A stretch of 64,000 nt of DNA from Octopus sinensis (GCF_006345805.1 NC_042998.1:76942001-77006000); one strand, 5' to 3'; shown: positions 38,398 to 53,346, numbered from the stretch's first letter. Numbers and translations are program-made. The notes: generated by a model from the sequence alone, not told the origin.

Positions 38398-40035
38398 CTA
38401 TAAACTATACCAAAAGACTTGTGCATGGCATGGATAACCTATAAAAGGTTTACGATATGTTGCCGCATTCATGGATTTTGGAAACACCTAGCATTTGTGG
38501 AATTGTTGAGAACGTGTATGCGCTGGTTAAGGAAAGCACACCTAGTTAGAAAACTCAATTTTTCTCTAACATTTAGCACTTAGCCGACATAACAATCAAA
38601 AGATGTATCTTCCAGGGAGAATTTTGCTTACCTTTTTTATGTGTTATAACCTTGATTCCGCTTTTTCAAAGTGTGCGGTGCTCACTACGAAACGTGGGGA
38701 AACGGGCAGATTGTAGGGCCATAGAACTGTGAAACGGACAGCGAATGGAAGACCCGGATGCTGATAGTTACATGAACGTCTGGATCCTGGAGCTGTACAA
38801 TACCTTGCTCAGAGAAATGAAAGACAAGGTCATCACTACATATTTAAAGCGCCCCCCACTTCGCTTGAAGTAAAAACTCAAAGCAAGGAAACTTGTGACT
38901 GCCATCGACATATGGGCTGTTGCTGTAATCCGCTATAGTGCATACATTCTGAAATGGGCACGAGAGGAGATTGACCAGCTCGATCGTAGTACTCGGAAGA
39001 CACGGACAATGCATAGTACCCTCCACCCTAATGTGAACTTAGAAAGGCTCTACATGAAGAGGTGTAAAGGTGGATGTGACATGATTAGTTTAAGGAAGGG
39101 CATCATCAATGAAATAAAAAAAAACATGGCAGAATATTTGGTAAGCAACAAGAAAGACCTGCTACTGTATGTCGCTAATGCAGAAGGATTTATTAGCAAT
39201 GGACTTGAGAGTGCTAATGAATTCCCATCACGAATAGTTAAAGAGAAAGAAGAGACTCTACTCCACATGGGATTACATGGCTAGTTCCACCATGAAACTA
39301 ACAACTGAAAAGACCAGGAGGCATCATGGGTGTGGATGAGCATAGATGACCCTAAAAAGAAGACTGAAAACCTAATCATCGTTGCCTAGGATTAGGCATT
39401 GAATACCAGCTCAGTGAAAAGAGGTATATACCACACAAGTGCAAAGATCCTCTGGAAAATGTATGGGAAGACGGTCCAAAGCGTGACACATTATTTGTAC
39501 TTCTGAAAGTCTTGCGCAGACACGACAAGGTAGCGTAAAACCTACTCAGACTACCATGCCAGAAGTATGGATAAGAGGTAACGGGTGCTTGGTACCAACA
39601 TAAATCGGAGAAGGTAATGGACGAAAACAGGAAGGCAAAGATCCTCTGGGAATTTGACTTCCATACAGACAAGCATTAGACCACCATAAGCCGGATATAG
39701 TAATCTTTAGGAGTAATAAACAAGAGTACCTAATAATCGACGTGGCAGTGCAGTGATATCAACATATTGCCATGAGAAAAATAGAAAAGGTTGATAAATA
39801 TAGAGATCTGAAAATTGAGATCGCCAACATGTGGCAGCTACGACAGTCATGCATAAAGTTTGTCCTTGTCATCAAAGCAGTAGATTCAATACCACCCAAC
39901 ATGAAGAAACATCTGGAAGCTTTAGAAATACCCTACAATGTAGGTACATTGTGAAAATCAGCTTTACTAAGAACTGCATAAAGTACTGTCAATCTGAGGT
40001 ACTTGTTGTGACTTGACAGACAGTAGAAATCCGCG
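38396..40035 (+). mobile_element. R4/Dong element of a different subfamily, decayed
   Basis: YDMLPHSWILE; AIDIWAVAVIRYSA.ILKW.REEIDQLDR; KILWEFD; KYRDLKIEIANMW. Confidence 0.85.
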
Positions 40036-41540
40036 GTAGGCACAATATCTTTAACCTACATCACGATGTTGAATACTGTACGACGTCTTCGATATAAAAA
40101 TCTAATCGACTGGTCCTCTCCCCAAAATGTCATGCCTTGTGCCTAGTGTAGAAAATAATATTTATAACTGAAATTAACTCACAAAATCTGATGTAAAACA
40201 AAAGTAGCGTTTGAATTTATAATGTAATATCGAAAACGTAGCAGGAAAAAAATGATATCACAAAAAACTATTACAAAATATTTTCTGTAAGAATACAAAA
40301 CCAATGGAAAATATGTGAGAAAGATCGCAAATAGCTACAGAACATGGATTAAACAAAACAAACTACTATTTGTAACTTCAAGGAAGCTAACACCTAATAA
40401 AACAAAGGCCGCAGTAACGGACAGATATAAAAAAATAAAAACTAGAAAAACATTTGAAACTCTAACAAGCGTCAACTAAAAACTTAAGAAAATTTGATGC
40501 TATAATTTAATGAGAATTTTCTCTTAAGTTTCTGACAAGTGATATAAACCTAAAACCCCAACAATATTGGCTTTCAAATGTACAGTGCAAAGATGGTTTA
40601 CCAGGCATTTTGTTCCTGGTATAATGTCTCCCCATAAGAGAACTAAATATAAAAATGAAAAAAAAAAAATGAAAGAAACTGCGCATTATTTACAGATTTT
40701 ATGCGAAGTCGTAATGAATTGTAATGTATGGAATTAGGCAAAGCCCATATAAATAGATACATAGATATTAACACGCGTTCACAAAGACGCACACACGCAC
40801 ACGTTTATTTCTTAATGTTTTTACGTATTACCGCTCTGTACTCGTCTAAAGCTTCGTTCTTAGACATACGTATATTGAATTCTACATTCGGTTTTTAGTA
40901 AAAGATAAATGTAAGTGGTATATTGTTTTAACCTGTTAGTTTATTTGTTCTTATTATTTAGGGTATTTCCTTTTTGTATTTGGAAGGTGGAGGTTATTAG
41001 TCGATAATGTCATGTTGTAGTTTGTATAGAAATATATCTTGTGCTTTGATGTTCCCCACCTCGGTATTTCAAAGTTGCACCTTTCATACATTCGAAAATA
41101 TGACAGCATTATATAATACAAAAATGAGGCGGTGCAAAACACTGACGCTAAGCAAGGTTTCATATTATTCAATGATCACAGCATGACATGAGAATTCATA
41201 TTAACGAAGAAGTTAATAAAAATATCATCTAATCAAGAGCATACGGAAAAGAGTTATGAATTCCAACAAACGATATTTTATCTCTGAATGAAAGAGCTAA
41301 ACTATCCAATTATGATCTGGAAATCGCGGGGGATTGAAAACAGAATTTCCATAATATGTGCGTTATGAATGAGAACAGAAGAGGTATCCAAATACATAAG
41401 GCATTCACCACACAGAAAATAGGAATACAACTCATTACAATCATATTTCGTTGTGTACTTTCAAGCCAGTAAGAAAGGAGGTACTCGACGTATTCTACAC
41501 TCAAAGCTGCGCTCAATTCTGTAGTGAAAGTTTGTTATAT

Positions 41541-43885
41541 AAACTTAGATAAACTTAGATATGTTTCGACCAAAGATTGGTCCAGGCCATGTCTAACTTA
41601 ATAGCACCACCTGATAGGATTATTCGAATCCTGTTTAAGGCAAGTTTTGTTTAAGTCAAGTTTTGTTCAAGTAGTGAGTTCTTCTTGGGTGAGTTGTATC
41701 AAGTTTTGTTCAAGTAGTGAGTTCTTGTTGGGTGAGTTGTATCCAATTATGGGTGGCTTATCTGGTATTCTTTGAAGGAATCTATCCAGACTCCGTTTAA
41801 AGTTGATGGGATTCCTTTTCCTCTTTGATCTCCTTCGGGACAATGTTAAATAGGGCAGGGCCTGTTGAGGAAAAGAAATTATGTTGCAGTGTACATGTAT
41901 GTTGTGATCTTGAATTGGGCAGGGGTCGTATAGCCCGTGGTCCCAGTCTTGGATAAACCTTGAAGCTAATGTTAAGGTCGTTTGGGCAAAGTTGGCGGTA
42001 TATTCTCCACATCGTACAAATGATGTACCGCTCACGGCGACGCTGGAGGGAGTAAAGTTTCAAGGCTTTAAGGCGATCCCTATAATCGAGAGCGGCCATG
42101 CCTTCAATTTGTTTAGTGAGTGCCCTCTGGGGAGACTCAATTCTGGAGATGTTTTGTCTTGTATGGGGAGACCACAGTGGGCAGCAGTATTCAAGGTGTG
42201 ACCGTACAAGGGAGGAAAAAAGTGGTATGATGACACCTTGTTCTCTGGGCCGGAAAGTTCTTAAGATCCAGGAACTCATCCTACGAGCTATATCGACCTT
42301 CTTGTTGATGTGCGCACTCCAACTGAGATCGTCATCAACAATTACACCCAGGTCTCTGATATTGTTAGAGGCTGTGAGTGGTTCCCCTGAAGGAAGAGAG
42401 TATGGTTGTTTTAGTGAGGAATTTCTTCCAAAATGCATCAGCTCAAATTTTCCCTCATTCAGTTGCATTTTATTTCTGTCTGCCCATTGACTCACGGCAT
42501 ATAGATAAGACTGGAGTTGAGTTCGGTCTGCTTCTTCATTGACGATTTGCTGGAGCTTAGTGTCATCAGCAAATATTTTCACTTAGCAGTAATGTACGAC
42601 ACTGGAAAGGTCGTTTATGTAAATTATGAAGAGTAGCGGACCCATAACAGTCCCCTGGGGAACACCGCTGGTGACTTTTGCTGGGCTTCAGTGGACTCCA
42701 TCAACTACAACATGTTGTGTTCTATTCCCCAGGAAATACTTAATCCAGTGTAGAACTTTTCCACGGATTCCAACATTTGCCAATTTTGAGAGTAGGATAT
42801 TATGGTCTACCCTGTCGAACGCTTTACTGAAGTCAAGATATATGACGTCAGAGTTCGAACCTGTTCCCAAGGCTTTGAGTACATCTTCAATGTGGTGTAA
42901 GAGCTGTGTTAGACAGTCCCTGCCACAGCGAAAGCCATGCTGATTTGCATTTAGGAGTTTGTGGGTCTCCAGGAAGTCAGCTACACTTGATCTTAACACT
43001 CTTTCAAACACTTTAATGATGTGGGAGGTGATTGAGATTGGGCGATAGTTGACTGCGAGGGATCTGTTTCCCTGTTTGAAAACCGGGATGACCGACTGGG
43101 ATAGAAACTGTTTCGGTATATAACCTGCGTCTAACGAATTTCTCCAGAGGTTGGTCTGAGGGAATGCAAGTTGGTGTCTACATTCCTTCAGGAGACTAGT
43201 GGGGAATCTATCAGGGCCTACAGCAGAGTAATATTTGACCTCATTTATTGCTGCTACGATGTCAGTGGCAGTGAAGGTTATGTCTGAGATTTTATGTTGG
43301 GAGTCAACTTCGTTCGTTTCTCTTACGTCAATATCAGAGGGAACACTGAAGACAGAGCAGTATTGTTTCTGCAGTATTTCTGCCATTTCTTCAGCATCGT
43401 GTTGGGGAATGCCGTTATCATTAATCAATGGCCCAATGGGTGAGACAGTGGTTCTATGCTTATTTGCATAAGAATAGAACACTTTTGGGTTCTGTTTGAT
43501 GTTTTTGATTACCCACTGTTCCTCCTCAGCTCTTTGATTTTCAATGGAGGTTTTCATGTTGGTCTGCAGATGAAGTTTTTCCATCTCTAGTCTTTTCATT
43601 GTTGTTGAATGTGGATGTTGTGTGTGGGAATATTTCAATTGGTTGATTTTTTTGTTGAGTCTTTTGATGCGCCTGATGAGTGTATTTTTCTTTTTAGGGA
43701 GCCGGTTTCTGTTTGTGTTAGTAGATTTCGTGGGAGCGTGTTTAGAGCATGTATAGGTGACAATGTTTTCAAAGTGCTGCCACGCGGTCTCAATATGAGA
43801 GGAATTGAGAGTAAAAGACTAGTCGATGGAAGACAGATACTTTCTGATTGCTCCCCAGTCCGCTTTGTGGAAGTTTATGTAATAT
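41541..43885 (-). mobile_element. CR1-group LINE ORF2 (post-endonuclease linker, RT, C-terminus), 5'-truncated, few lesions
   Basis: NFHKADW; NYRPISITSHIIKVFER; QHGFR; VIYLDFSKAFDRVDH; [13 protein letters not shown]; KIFADDTK; LVRSHLEYCCPLWSP; tail (ATCTAAGTTT)2. Confidence 0.95.
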
Positions 43886-44310
43886 ATGTAGGTTTATGTA
43901 GGTTAATATAATGTAATATATGTAGGTTTATGTAGGTTAAAATGACCACTTATTGTCATTCGTTCATATAGAGAGATTGAAAAGAATAGCCTTGCAGGAA
44001 GGTGTTTGTGATTCATGTGTCAGTTCTTGTTTGATAATGAATTTTCTAAACTAAAATTGTTACTAAATATAAAAATAGAAAGACAATGATATTGAACTTT
44101 AAAACTCTAAATATAGAGTTATATATGCAGACAGTTATATAATAAAAATATGAGGCCTTTTAGATATATAGAACAAGGAGAAAACACAGCGCGTATATTA
44201 CGGAGAGAAATTCCGACAAATACAAGCATAAACCCGTTGAGAAATCTCAGAAATACTGGCATGAACAGGCATGCCCGCGCACACAGATACATACACAGTA
44301 CAGACACATG

Positions 44311-44319
<9 letters not shown>

Positions 44320-44400
<81 letters not shown>
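44320..44400. repeat. (CA)n microsatellite
   Basis: Direct inspection. Confidence 0.95.
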
Positions 44401-44402
<2 letters not shown>

Positions 44403-44974
44403 TATAGTGTTTGGTAGTAATATGAAAAATGGCAATATAATTATTATGTATACAAGAATAATAATAATAGCTGCTACTACTATTCACTGATGCATATATA
44501 TAAACATTAGCAAAATCGATATTGGCAACAAATGCTTGGACCACCGAAAGGCTCAGTTCACAATAGTCTATCCAAGAGAAATCTGTACAAACTGATATGG
44601 AAGCCATTTCAACATATTATTGCTAAAAAAATTTTTTAAATTGTATTTAGGAAGATTTCTTTGTCAACGTATAAAACGTTTTTCAAAAAAGAACGTGAAC
44701 TTGAATGCACAGACACAAACATAAATTTTGCTCGTGCACGAACAAACACACAGCACACTTACACCTGCACACACAGATACATATATGCACGTGCATATTA
44801 ACATATGCACATCTGTACGTATACATAAAAATGCACACACGCATAAATACACATACGCGTAAATTTACAGATGCTTTTTTCCTATGCAAGAAACTTTTTA
44901 GCTGTGATTCAATATTAAAAGCTGTAGGAAAACAATTGATTATAAAGTACAGAGAAGTCTTTATTACATATCCG

Positions 44975-45180
44975 ATTTTCCTTTATTTGTTTCAGTAATT
45001 TGACTGCGGCCATGCTAGAACACCTTTAGTTGGTGAAATCTACTCCATGACTCATTCTTTGTAAGCCTAGTACTTATTTTATCGGTCTCTTTTGCCGAAC
45101 TGCTAAGTTACGGAGACATAAACACACCAACATCGGTTGTCAAGCGACAGTATGCGTGGGGGTCAAACACAGACACACAA

Positions 45181-45212
<32 letters not shown>

Positions 45213-45592
45213 GACGGGATTATTTCAGTTTTCATCTACCAAATCCACCCAGGAGGATTTGGCCGCCCAGGGACTATAGTAGAAGACACTTGCCCAAGAT
45301 GCCACGCAGTGGGACTGAACCCTGAACCATGTGGTAGTAAGCAAGCTTCTTACCACACAGCCACGCCTACGCATATTACTCTTTACTCTTTTACTTGTTT
45401 CAGTTATTTGACTGCGGCCATGCTGGAGCACCGCCTTTAGTCGAGCAAATCGACCCCAGGACTTATTCTTTGTAAGCCCAGTACTTATTCTATCGGTCTC
45501 TTTTGCCGAACCGCTTAGTGACGGGGACGTAAACACACCAGTATCGGTTGTCAAGCAATGCTAGGGGGACAAACACAGACACACAAACACAG

Positions 45593-45648
<56 letters not shown>

Positions 45649-45812
45649 GACAGGCTTCTTTCAGTTTCCGTCTACCAAATCCACTCACAAGGCATTGGTC
45701 AGCCCGGGGCTATAGCTGAAGACACTTGCCCAAGATGCCACGCAGTGGGACTGAACCCGGAACCATGTGGTTGGTTAGCAAGCTACTTACCACTCAGCCA
45801 CTCCCACGCCTA
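44975..45812 (-). mobile_element. Two tandem copies of SINE family 2
   Basis: Copies at ~44975-45370 and ~45380-45812, each with an internal CA/TA microsatellite. Confidence 0.9.
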
Positions 45813-46118
45813 TGCAAACAATTTAACAAGATATTTGTGTATACCGTGTGTATTTCTCTGTGAGTGTATATTCGTGAGTGTATGTTGCATAGTTGTAGTG
45901 TGGTAGTTTTTTTGTTTTATTATTAAGAGTGACTAACGTGACGAGGTTGCAGAATCATTAGCATGCTGGGCGAAATGCTTGGACAGAGAGAGAGAGAAAG
46001 AGAGAGAGACAGAAAAGGAGAGTTTGTAGTGTGTAAGAAATTTTGTTTCGAGGTTTTCTCTCTCTGTATGTGTATGTATATATATATAGTTACATACATA
46101 CATACATATATGTATGTA

Positions 46119-46198
<80 letters not shown>

Positions 46199-46559
46199 CC
46201 TTTCAATCTTTTCATAATCTTTTCAATCAGTGTCTAGTAGACCTGACACCGTTCCTTAATCTGTGTGCATTCAAAGCAATGATTAGAAAATCATGCTTTT
46301 AAATCTCTTTAACAATTCACAATAATGACTTCTATTACTTTTATTCCTACCCCAGTTCATTTAATTGTATATATCTCTCGTTACTTTTCATAAAAAGACT
46401 TTATTTTTTTTTTATTTCCGATGTGCATTTTCGCTTATTTTTCTTCTTACTTTCCCCTTACATTTCCACGTGTAGTTTCTATTTTCTTTTTGTATCATCT
46501 TTCTGTTATATATGTATATATATATATATATATATATACATATTTGTGTGTGTCTTCAT

Positions 46560-46775
46560 GTCTGTTTGTTCCCCCTCACCCTCACTTGAATGCCGATGTT
46601 GCTGTGTTTACGTCCCCGTAAATTAGTGGTTCGGCAAAATAAGCCGATAGAATAAGTACCACAGTTACTCAGAATAAGTCGTGGTTCGATTTCTTCGACT
46701 AACAACCTTTATCATGGTGTTCCAACATGGCCGCTGTTAAATGCCTGAAACTTGTGAAAGGATAAAGGAATAAAA
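46560..46775 (+). mobile_element. SINE family 2, 3' part
   Basis: GTGTTTACGTCCCCGTAA...GGTTCGGCAAAA body. Confidence 0.75.
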
Positions 46776-46776
46776 G

Positions 46777-46823
<47 letters not shown>

Positions 46824-47093
46824 TGTTGTCACACATCGCTGGTGACAATGCACTTTGCGTTGTTTATTCATCGTAAAATGCTGCACCGCTGTTTAACAGT
46901 CTAATATCACTCACCCACCGGTCGAAAGGAGCACTGGAACAGCATGAAATGAAACGTTTTGCTTAAGAATACAAGACGCCTTCCGGTCTGTGAATGGAAC
47001 ACACGATCTACCGATCGTGAGTGCAACAGCCCAAAGCGCCGTCACATATATACGGGCGCCTGTGTGTTTGAGTGTACATGTGTGTGTGTGTAT

Positions 47094-47145
<52 letters not shown>

Positions 47146-47321
47146 GTGTGTGTGTGTGTGTGTATGTGTGTGTATGTGCATTTATATGTGTGCACAAATA
47201 CACGCAGGTATACGCGTGCGCGCGCACACACAAATGCTTGCACGTACACAAGAGATGTATATTGCATAAATTCCTCAAAATTCAAAATCAAAACCAGTTT
47301 CAAACTTATTAGCATATCTAA

Positions 47322-47735
47322 ACGTATTTCTTTATTGCCCACAAGGGGCTAAACATAGAGGGGACAAACAAGGACAGACAAAGGGATTAAGTCGATTACA
47401 TTGATCTCAGTGCGTAACTGGTACTTAATTTATCAACCCCGAAAGGATGAAAGGCAAAGTCGACCTCGGCGGAATTTGAACTCAGAACGTAAAGACAGGC
47501 GAAATACCTATTTCTTTACTACCCATAAGGGGCTAAACACAGGGAGGACAAACAAGGACAGACAAACGGATAAAGTTGATTATATCGACCCCAGTGCGTA
47601 ACTGGTACTTATTTAATCGACCCCGAAAGTATGAAAGGCAATGTCGACCTCGGCGGAATTTGAACTCAGAACGTAAAGACAGACGAAATACCGCTAAGCA
47701 TTTCGCTCGGTGTGCTAACGATTCTGCCAGCTCAC
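47322..47735 (-). mobile_element. Two tandem copies of SINE family 1
   Basis: ~47322-47500 (5'-truncated) and ~47503-47735. Confidence 0.9.
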
Positions 47736-48677
47736 CAATCTGAAAACTGGAACACGTACCTAGCATAAGTTGCTTTATCAAATCTAGTCTGTTTATCTCA
47801 TACAATCATACAAAGGATTGCATTTCACGTTTTAACATTTGAATACAAAAAAAAAAAACAGAGAAAAATGATAGAGGAAAGAAAAAGAGAGAAAAATATG
47901 GGAGTGGGCTCTGGTCCCAGGAAAAAATGTTATGCTCAGATGCGTTCCATGGTAACAACCTCGACGTTGTTGCAAACGAAAATGGCAGCGACGTAGGTAA
48001 ATAGTAAATAAATATGTTCGCAAAAGGGAATATATTATTTTTCTATACACGAAAGAAAACATCGTTTTGGAGCTGAATGTCGTTTGAATGACTCTGCTAT
48101 ACGTAATTGAGTTACTCTCCTTCCTCTTACCAAAATATATGATTCCACTCTTTGAACCTTTTGTAAGGTATTTTTTTCCGCGCTCGCCTCTTGTAAATGT
48201 CTTATTTTTGGATATAAAACCGGTGTTTAGTTCGTTATAGAGTTATGCCATGTAAAAGCCTTTGTGGTAGATGTGGTGCTTCATGTGAACGGCAACATTT
48301 GTATGTGTGAAAAGGAATGAGAGAAATTAGCAAAAGATTGTGTTACATTTAGATATGTTATCGATTGTAGACGATACTTTATGTAATATTCATGCTATAA
48401 TATCAATTCTACGCATTTTCACTACATTATCATGCTTGTAATCTATATTCTATAAATTACGGAAATTTTATTGTAGGCGCATTTCCAATCGGGAACAGAT
48501 AATTTAGTTACTGTGTATACCGTGTTATATAATAAATTAATTAGAGATAATATGTTTTAAAATTATAGCAGCAGTTATTGTAGGAATAAATAATTCCGAT
48601 AAAAAAACCCACAATCGTATATGTGCATGTATATACAGGCACACACACACAATATAGATATATATATATATATATAT

Positions 48678-48730
<53 letters not shown>

Positions 48731-49275
48731 TGTTGTATATGTGTATGAGTGGGAATGCATGTGTGTTTATCTCATATATATATATATATTATATATATAT
48801 ATATACACACTACCAGAGATACCCGGCGTTGCTCGGGACTAAAATTGCATGGTTTGTATATATACATCACGGGTTTCTTTCAGTTTCCGTATACCAGAGA
48901 CACTTAAAAGCTTTTTTGTTAATAAACAATTATTTACTATCATCTCTCCATTTTCTTCTCTTAATTGAATGTGTGTTTGTGTATGTCTTTGTTATTATTT
49001 TCCTCCCTCCAATATTGGTGTGTTTACATAATAAATTTGCGGTTCCGCAAAAAAAAAACCCCGATAGAATAAGTAATAAGCTTACAACGAATAAGTCCTC
49101 AGGTCGATTTCTTCGACTATAAAACCCTATAAAACGATAATCCAGCATGGCTACAGTAAAATGACTGAAGAAGCAAGTAAAAGAATAGAAGAATATATAC
49201 ATATATATATATATAAATACATACACACAAATATGATTATATATATATATATATATATATTTTACATACAAAATT

Positions 49276-49528
49276 TAAAGGACTGACCACTAAAAATGGA
49301 CAGTCTATATGCTAGATATAGATGTCAAATCGCTATTTTCCACGAAGAATGGGTTCTTAAGAAAAAAATCATCAAAAAACCAAAGTGTGAAAATAAGCAA
49401 GACCTATTTTTACACTTTGATTTTTTGCTGATTTTTTTCTTGAGAACACATTCTTCGTGGAAAAATAGCGATTTTGACGTCTATATCAAGCATATAGACT
49501 GTCCACTTTTAGAGTGTCAGTCCTTGTA
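49276..49528. mobile_element. MITE-like fold-back element
   Basis: ~115-bp imperfect inverted arms (AAGGACTGAC...GTCAGTCCTT) with a ~13-nt spacer. Confidence 0.8.
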
Positions 49529-49589
49529 ATCTGTTATTTTTTAGTTTGTAAAATATATTTTATGCTTCGGTTTTTTGAAAATATGCTAG

Positions 49590-49663
49590 GCCATTTGTTT
49601 TTAATATGATTTATATATCAATTTCTATATTCTATTTATATTATATATATATAATATATATAT

Positions 49664-49709
<46 letters not shown>

Positions 49710-50140
49710 TTATATATAGATATATATATATATAATATAATATATATATATATATATAATATATATATATAAAATATATATATATAAATATATAATATAT
49801 AAATAATTATATATATATATAAATATATATATATATAAATAATATATATTATAAATATATATTATATAAATATATATATAAATATATATATATATTAAAT
49901 ATATAATATATAAATATATATATATATAAATTATATATATAAATATATATTATAAAATATATATATTAAATATAATATATATATATATATATATATAAAT
50001 ATATATATATAAATATAATATATATATAATATATATATAAATATATATATATATAATTATATATATAATAAATAAATATATAATAAATATATATAAATAT
50101 ATATATATAAAATATATTATATATATAAATATATATATAT

Positions 50141-50172
<32 letters not shown>

Positions 50173-50435
50173 AATATATATATATAAATATATATATATA
50201 AATATAAATATATAAAATATATAATATATAAAATATATAATAAATATATATATCTATAAAATATATAAATATAAATATATATATATATAAATATATATAA
50301 ATAATATATATATAAATATATATATATATCAATATATATATATATAAATATAATATATTAAATATATCTATATATAAATATATATATAAATATATATATA
50401 TAAATATATATATAAATATATATATATAAAATATA
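49590..50435. repeat. ~850-bp almost pure A/T (TA-derived) low-complexity tract
   Basis: Very few G or C bases. Confidence 0.95.
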
Positions 50436-51368
50436 TAACTTAGAATAACTTAGAAAGGTTTTTGGCCAGTATTGGCCCAGGCCATGTCTAACTTAATAGC
50501 ACCACCTGGCGAAGTCTTTCAGTTCAGGATTTGGGCACCAAGGCCCATTCGAGCAGAGAGTTTGTTTTGCGGGACATATCCGGGTGTGGGGGTTTGTCCG
50601 GTACTGTTTGAAGGAATTTGTCCAAAGACTTCTTGAATTTTGTGTGGTCAGTTTCTTTTTTGACGTGTCCTGGTGTAATGTTGAAGAGAGCGGGTCCAAT
50701 TGAGGTGAAATAGTTGTGCCGTATTGTCGTTATGTGATGCGATTTAGATTTTTGTTGTGGACGGATGGCACGTGGTCCAAGCCTTGGATGCATTTTGAAG
50801 GTGATGCCAACATCATTCGGGACAGTGCTGATGGAATATTTTCCACATCATACAGATAGTGTAGCGTTCACGGCGTCGTTGGAGTGAATACATTTCAGCT
50901 TCTCTAGTCTACCCCAGTAGTCAAGGTCTGACATGCCATCTATCTTTTTGTGATTGACCTTTGGGGAGCTTCAATTCTCATAATATTTTGTTTTGTGTAG
51001 GGAGACCACAGTGGACAGCAGTATTCAAGGTGGGGTCGGGCAAAAGTGGAGAAGAGAAGGATAATAGCGTGGGAATCTCTCGAATGGAAGGGTTCTGAGA
51101 ATCCGGAACACATTCTGCGGGCCATGTCAACTTTGCTGCTTATATGTGTAGCCCAGCTTATGTTGTTGTCCACTGTTACTCCCAGGTCTCTGATGTTGTT
51201 GGATGCCATGAATTTCTCCAGAAGGAAGAGAGTATGGGAGTTTCAGAGCGTCCTCCCTTCCAAAGTGGATCAGTTCGAATTTGTCTTCATTTAGCAACAT
51301 GTTATTCTTTTCCGCCCATTGGACAACAGCCAGTAGGTCTGACTGAAGGTTTATTCGGTCATCCACGC
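50436..51368 (-). mobile_element. CR1-group LINE 3' fragment (second subfamily) inserted in (TA)n
   Basis: [10 protein letters not shown]...KFELIHFG; FARPHLEYCCPLWSP; tail (TTCTAAGTTA)2. Confidence 0.92.
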
Positions 51369-51408
51369 CATAAATATATATATATATATAATATATATAT
51401 ATATATAG

Positions 51409-51578
<170 letters not shown>

Positions 51579-51590
51579 TTTTGATTTTTT

Positions 51591-51624
<34 letters not shown>

Positions 51625-51639
51625 GTATATATGTATGCC

Positions 51640-52870
51640 TTCTCTAGACATTTGTGAAGGCATATGACCGTGTGGATAGGGATGCAATGTGGCAGGCGTT
51701 GCGGTTGTATGGAGTAGATCGTAGATTGTTGAGAGCGGTACAGAGTTTTTATAGAGAAAGTAGGGCGTGCGTTAGGGTGGATGGAGAAGTAAGTGAGTGG
51801 TTTGATGTGAAGTTGGTGTTAAGACAAGGTTATGTGATATCTCCGTGGCTGTTTAATTTACATATGGGTGGGGTGATGATAGAGGTGAATGCTAGAACCC
51901 TTTGGTGGGGGAGTCCAAATGGTTGGAGAAAATGGAGAGAAATGGCAGGTGAGTCAGTTGATTGTTGATGATACAGCACTGGTGGAGTATCCGGTGGAGC
52001 AACTGAGTAGGCTTGTGTTAGTGTTTGGAAGAGTGTGTGAGAGGAGGAAACTGAAAGCGAATGTAGCTAAGAGTAAAGTGATGAGATGTTCAAGAGACGG
52101 AATAGATGGTAGGACGGATGTGAGTATAAATGGTGAGGTGTTAGAGGAGGGGACTGTTTTTAAGTATCTGAGATCACATGTGACGACGGATGAGAGTGGG
52201 GTTTGAGGAAGTGGGATATAGAGTGAGGGAAGGGAGTAAGATACTTGGAGATGTGAAAGGTATGCCGAGAGATAAAAGGTTGAGTATGAAAGCGAAAAGA
52301 GGTTTGAGGGCGTGATTGTACCGACAATGTTATATAGTGCAAAGACGTGGGGGGGGGCTGAGAGACGTGGAAATGAAACGACTAGTTATGTTTGAGATGA
52401 GATATTTGACGGTTATGGTTGGTGTGAAACGGATCGTATATATGAGGAATGAGGAGGTGCGAAGAGGAGCAGGATATGAGAGAAAAGCTAACAACAAAAA
52501 TGGATAGACGAATGTTGAAGCAGTTTGGCCACATGAAGAAGATGGATGAGGAGCGGATGTTAAGATGGGTGATAAAGGCAGAAGTGATAGGCAGACCTCG
52601 GTTTGTGTGGATGGATGGAGGTGAGGAAATCTTTGGTGGTTAGAAGTGTTGTAGTGAGAGAAGCAAGTGAATTTATAAATGATAGGAATGTTTGGACAGT
52701 GTTTGTGGACGGAGAAGTGAATTTGATGTTGCTCAAAGTGGTACAGAACTAGCATGATGCGGCGGGGGTAAACCAGCATATGCTGTGGGGCCCGCTGCTG
52801 ATATTGCAGGTTGCGTTCTATGCCTTCACCCGGGCATTGAATATTGCTCGCCTCTTTGAGCTAGGAAATG
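51640..52870 (+). mobile_element. RTE-clade LINE RT and C-terminus, decayed
   Basis: [20 protein letters not shown]...[25 protein letters not shown]; DDTALV; FKYL.S. Confidence 0.9.
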
Positions 52871-52945
52871 AATGGTATACCTGGTGTATGTCTTCGTGTG
52901 GCTACCCCATCCTAAAAATGGGGAATAGGCTTGTGTGCATATATA

Positions 52946-52976
<31 letters not shown>

Positions 52977-53296
52977 CAAGATAAGAAAATGGAGAAATAC
53001 ATCTAAATCAAATATCAATTACCAGATAATACTCAATCACATACTTTATTAAACCACCACATAAGAGACTGTAGGGTTAAATATAAAAAGCTGAACAAAT
53101 CAGTGTACATAAAGGAATGTACATAACACACACACTCACAAACATATATACATGTCCATATTTGTAAAAATATTTGTCTCGTGTTTTTATGAAGCATATT
53201 TGTTAGTGTATTTCTTAGTATATGAGTATGTGTATACATACATAAAAGCATACATACAAACATACATACACATACATAACGTACATATATGAATAC

Positions 53297-53346
<50 letters not shown>

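Noticed and set aside
40250-40560. Possible PLE GIY-YIG C-terminal remnant
   Set aside because: Only a short QWKICEK-like resemblance; not supportable.
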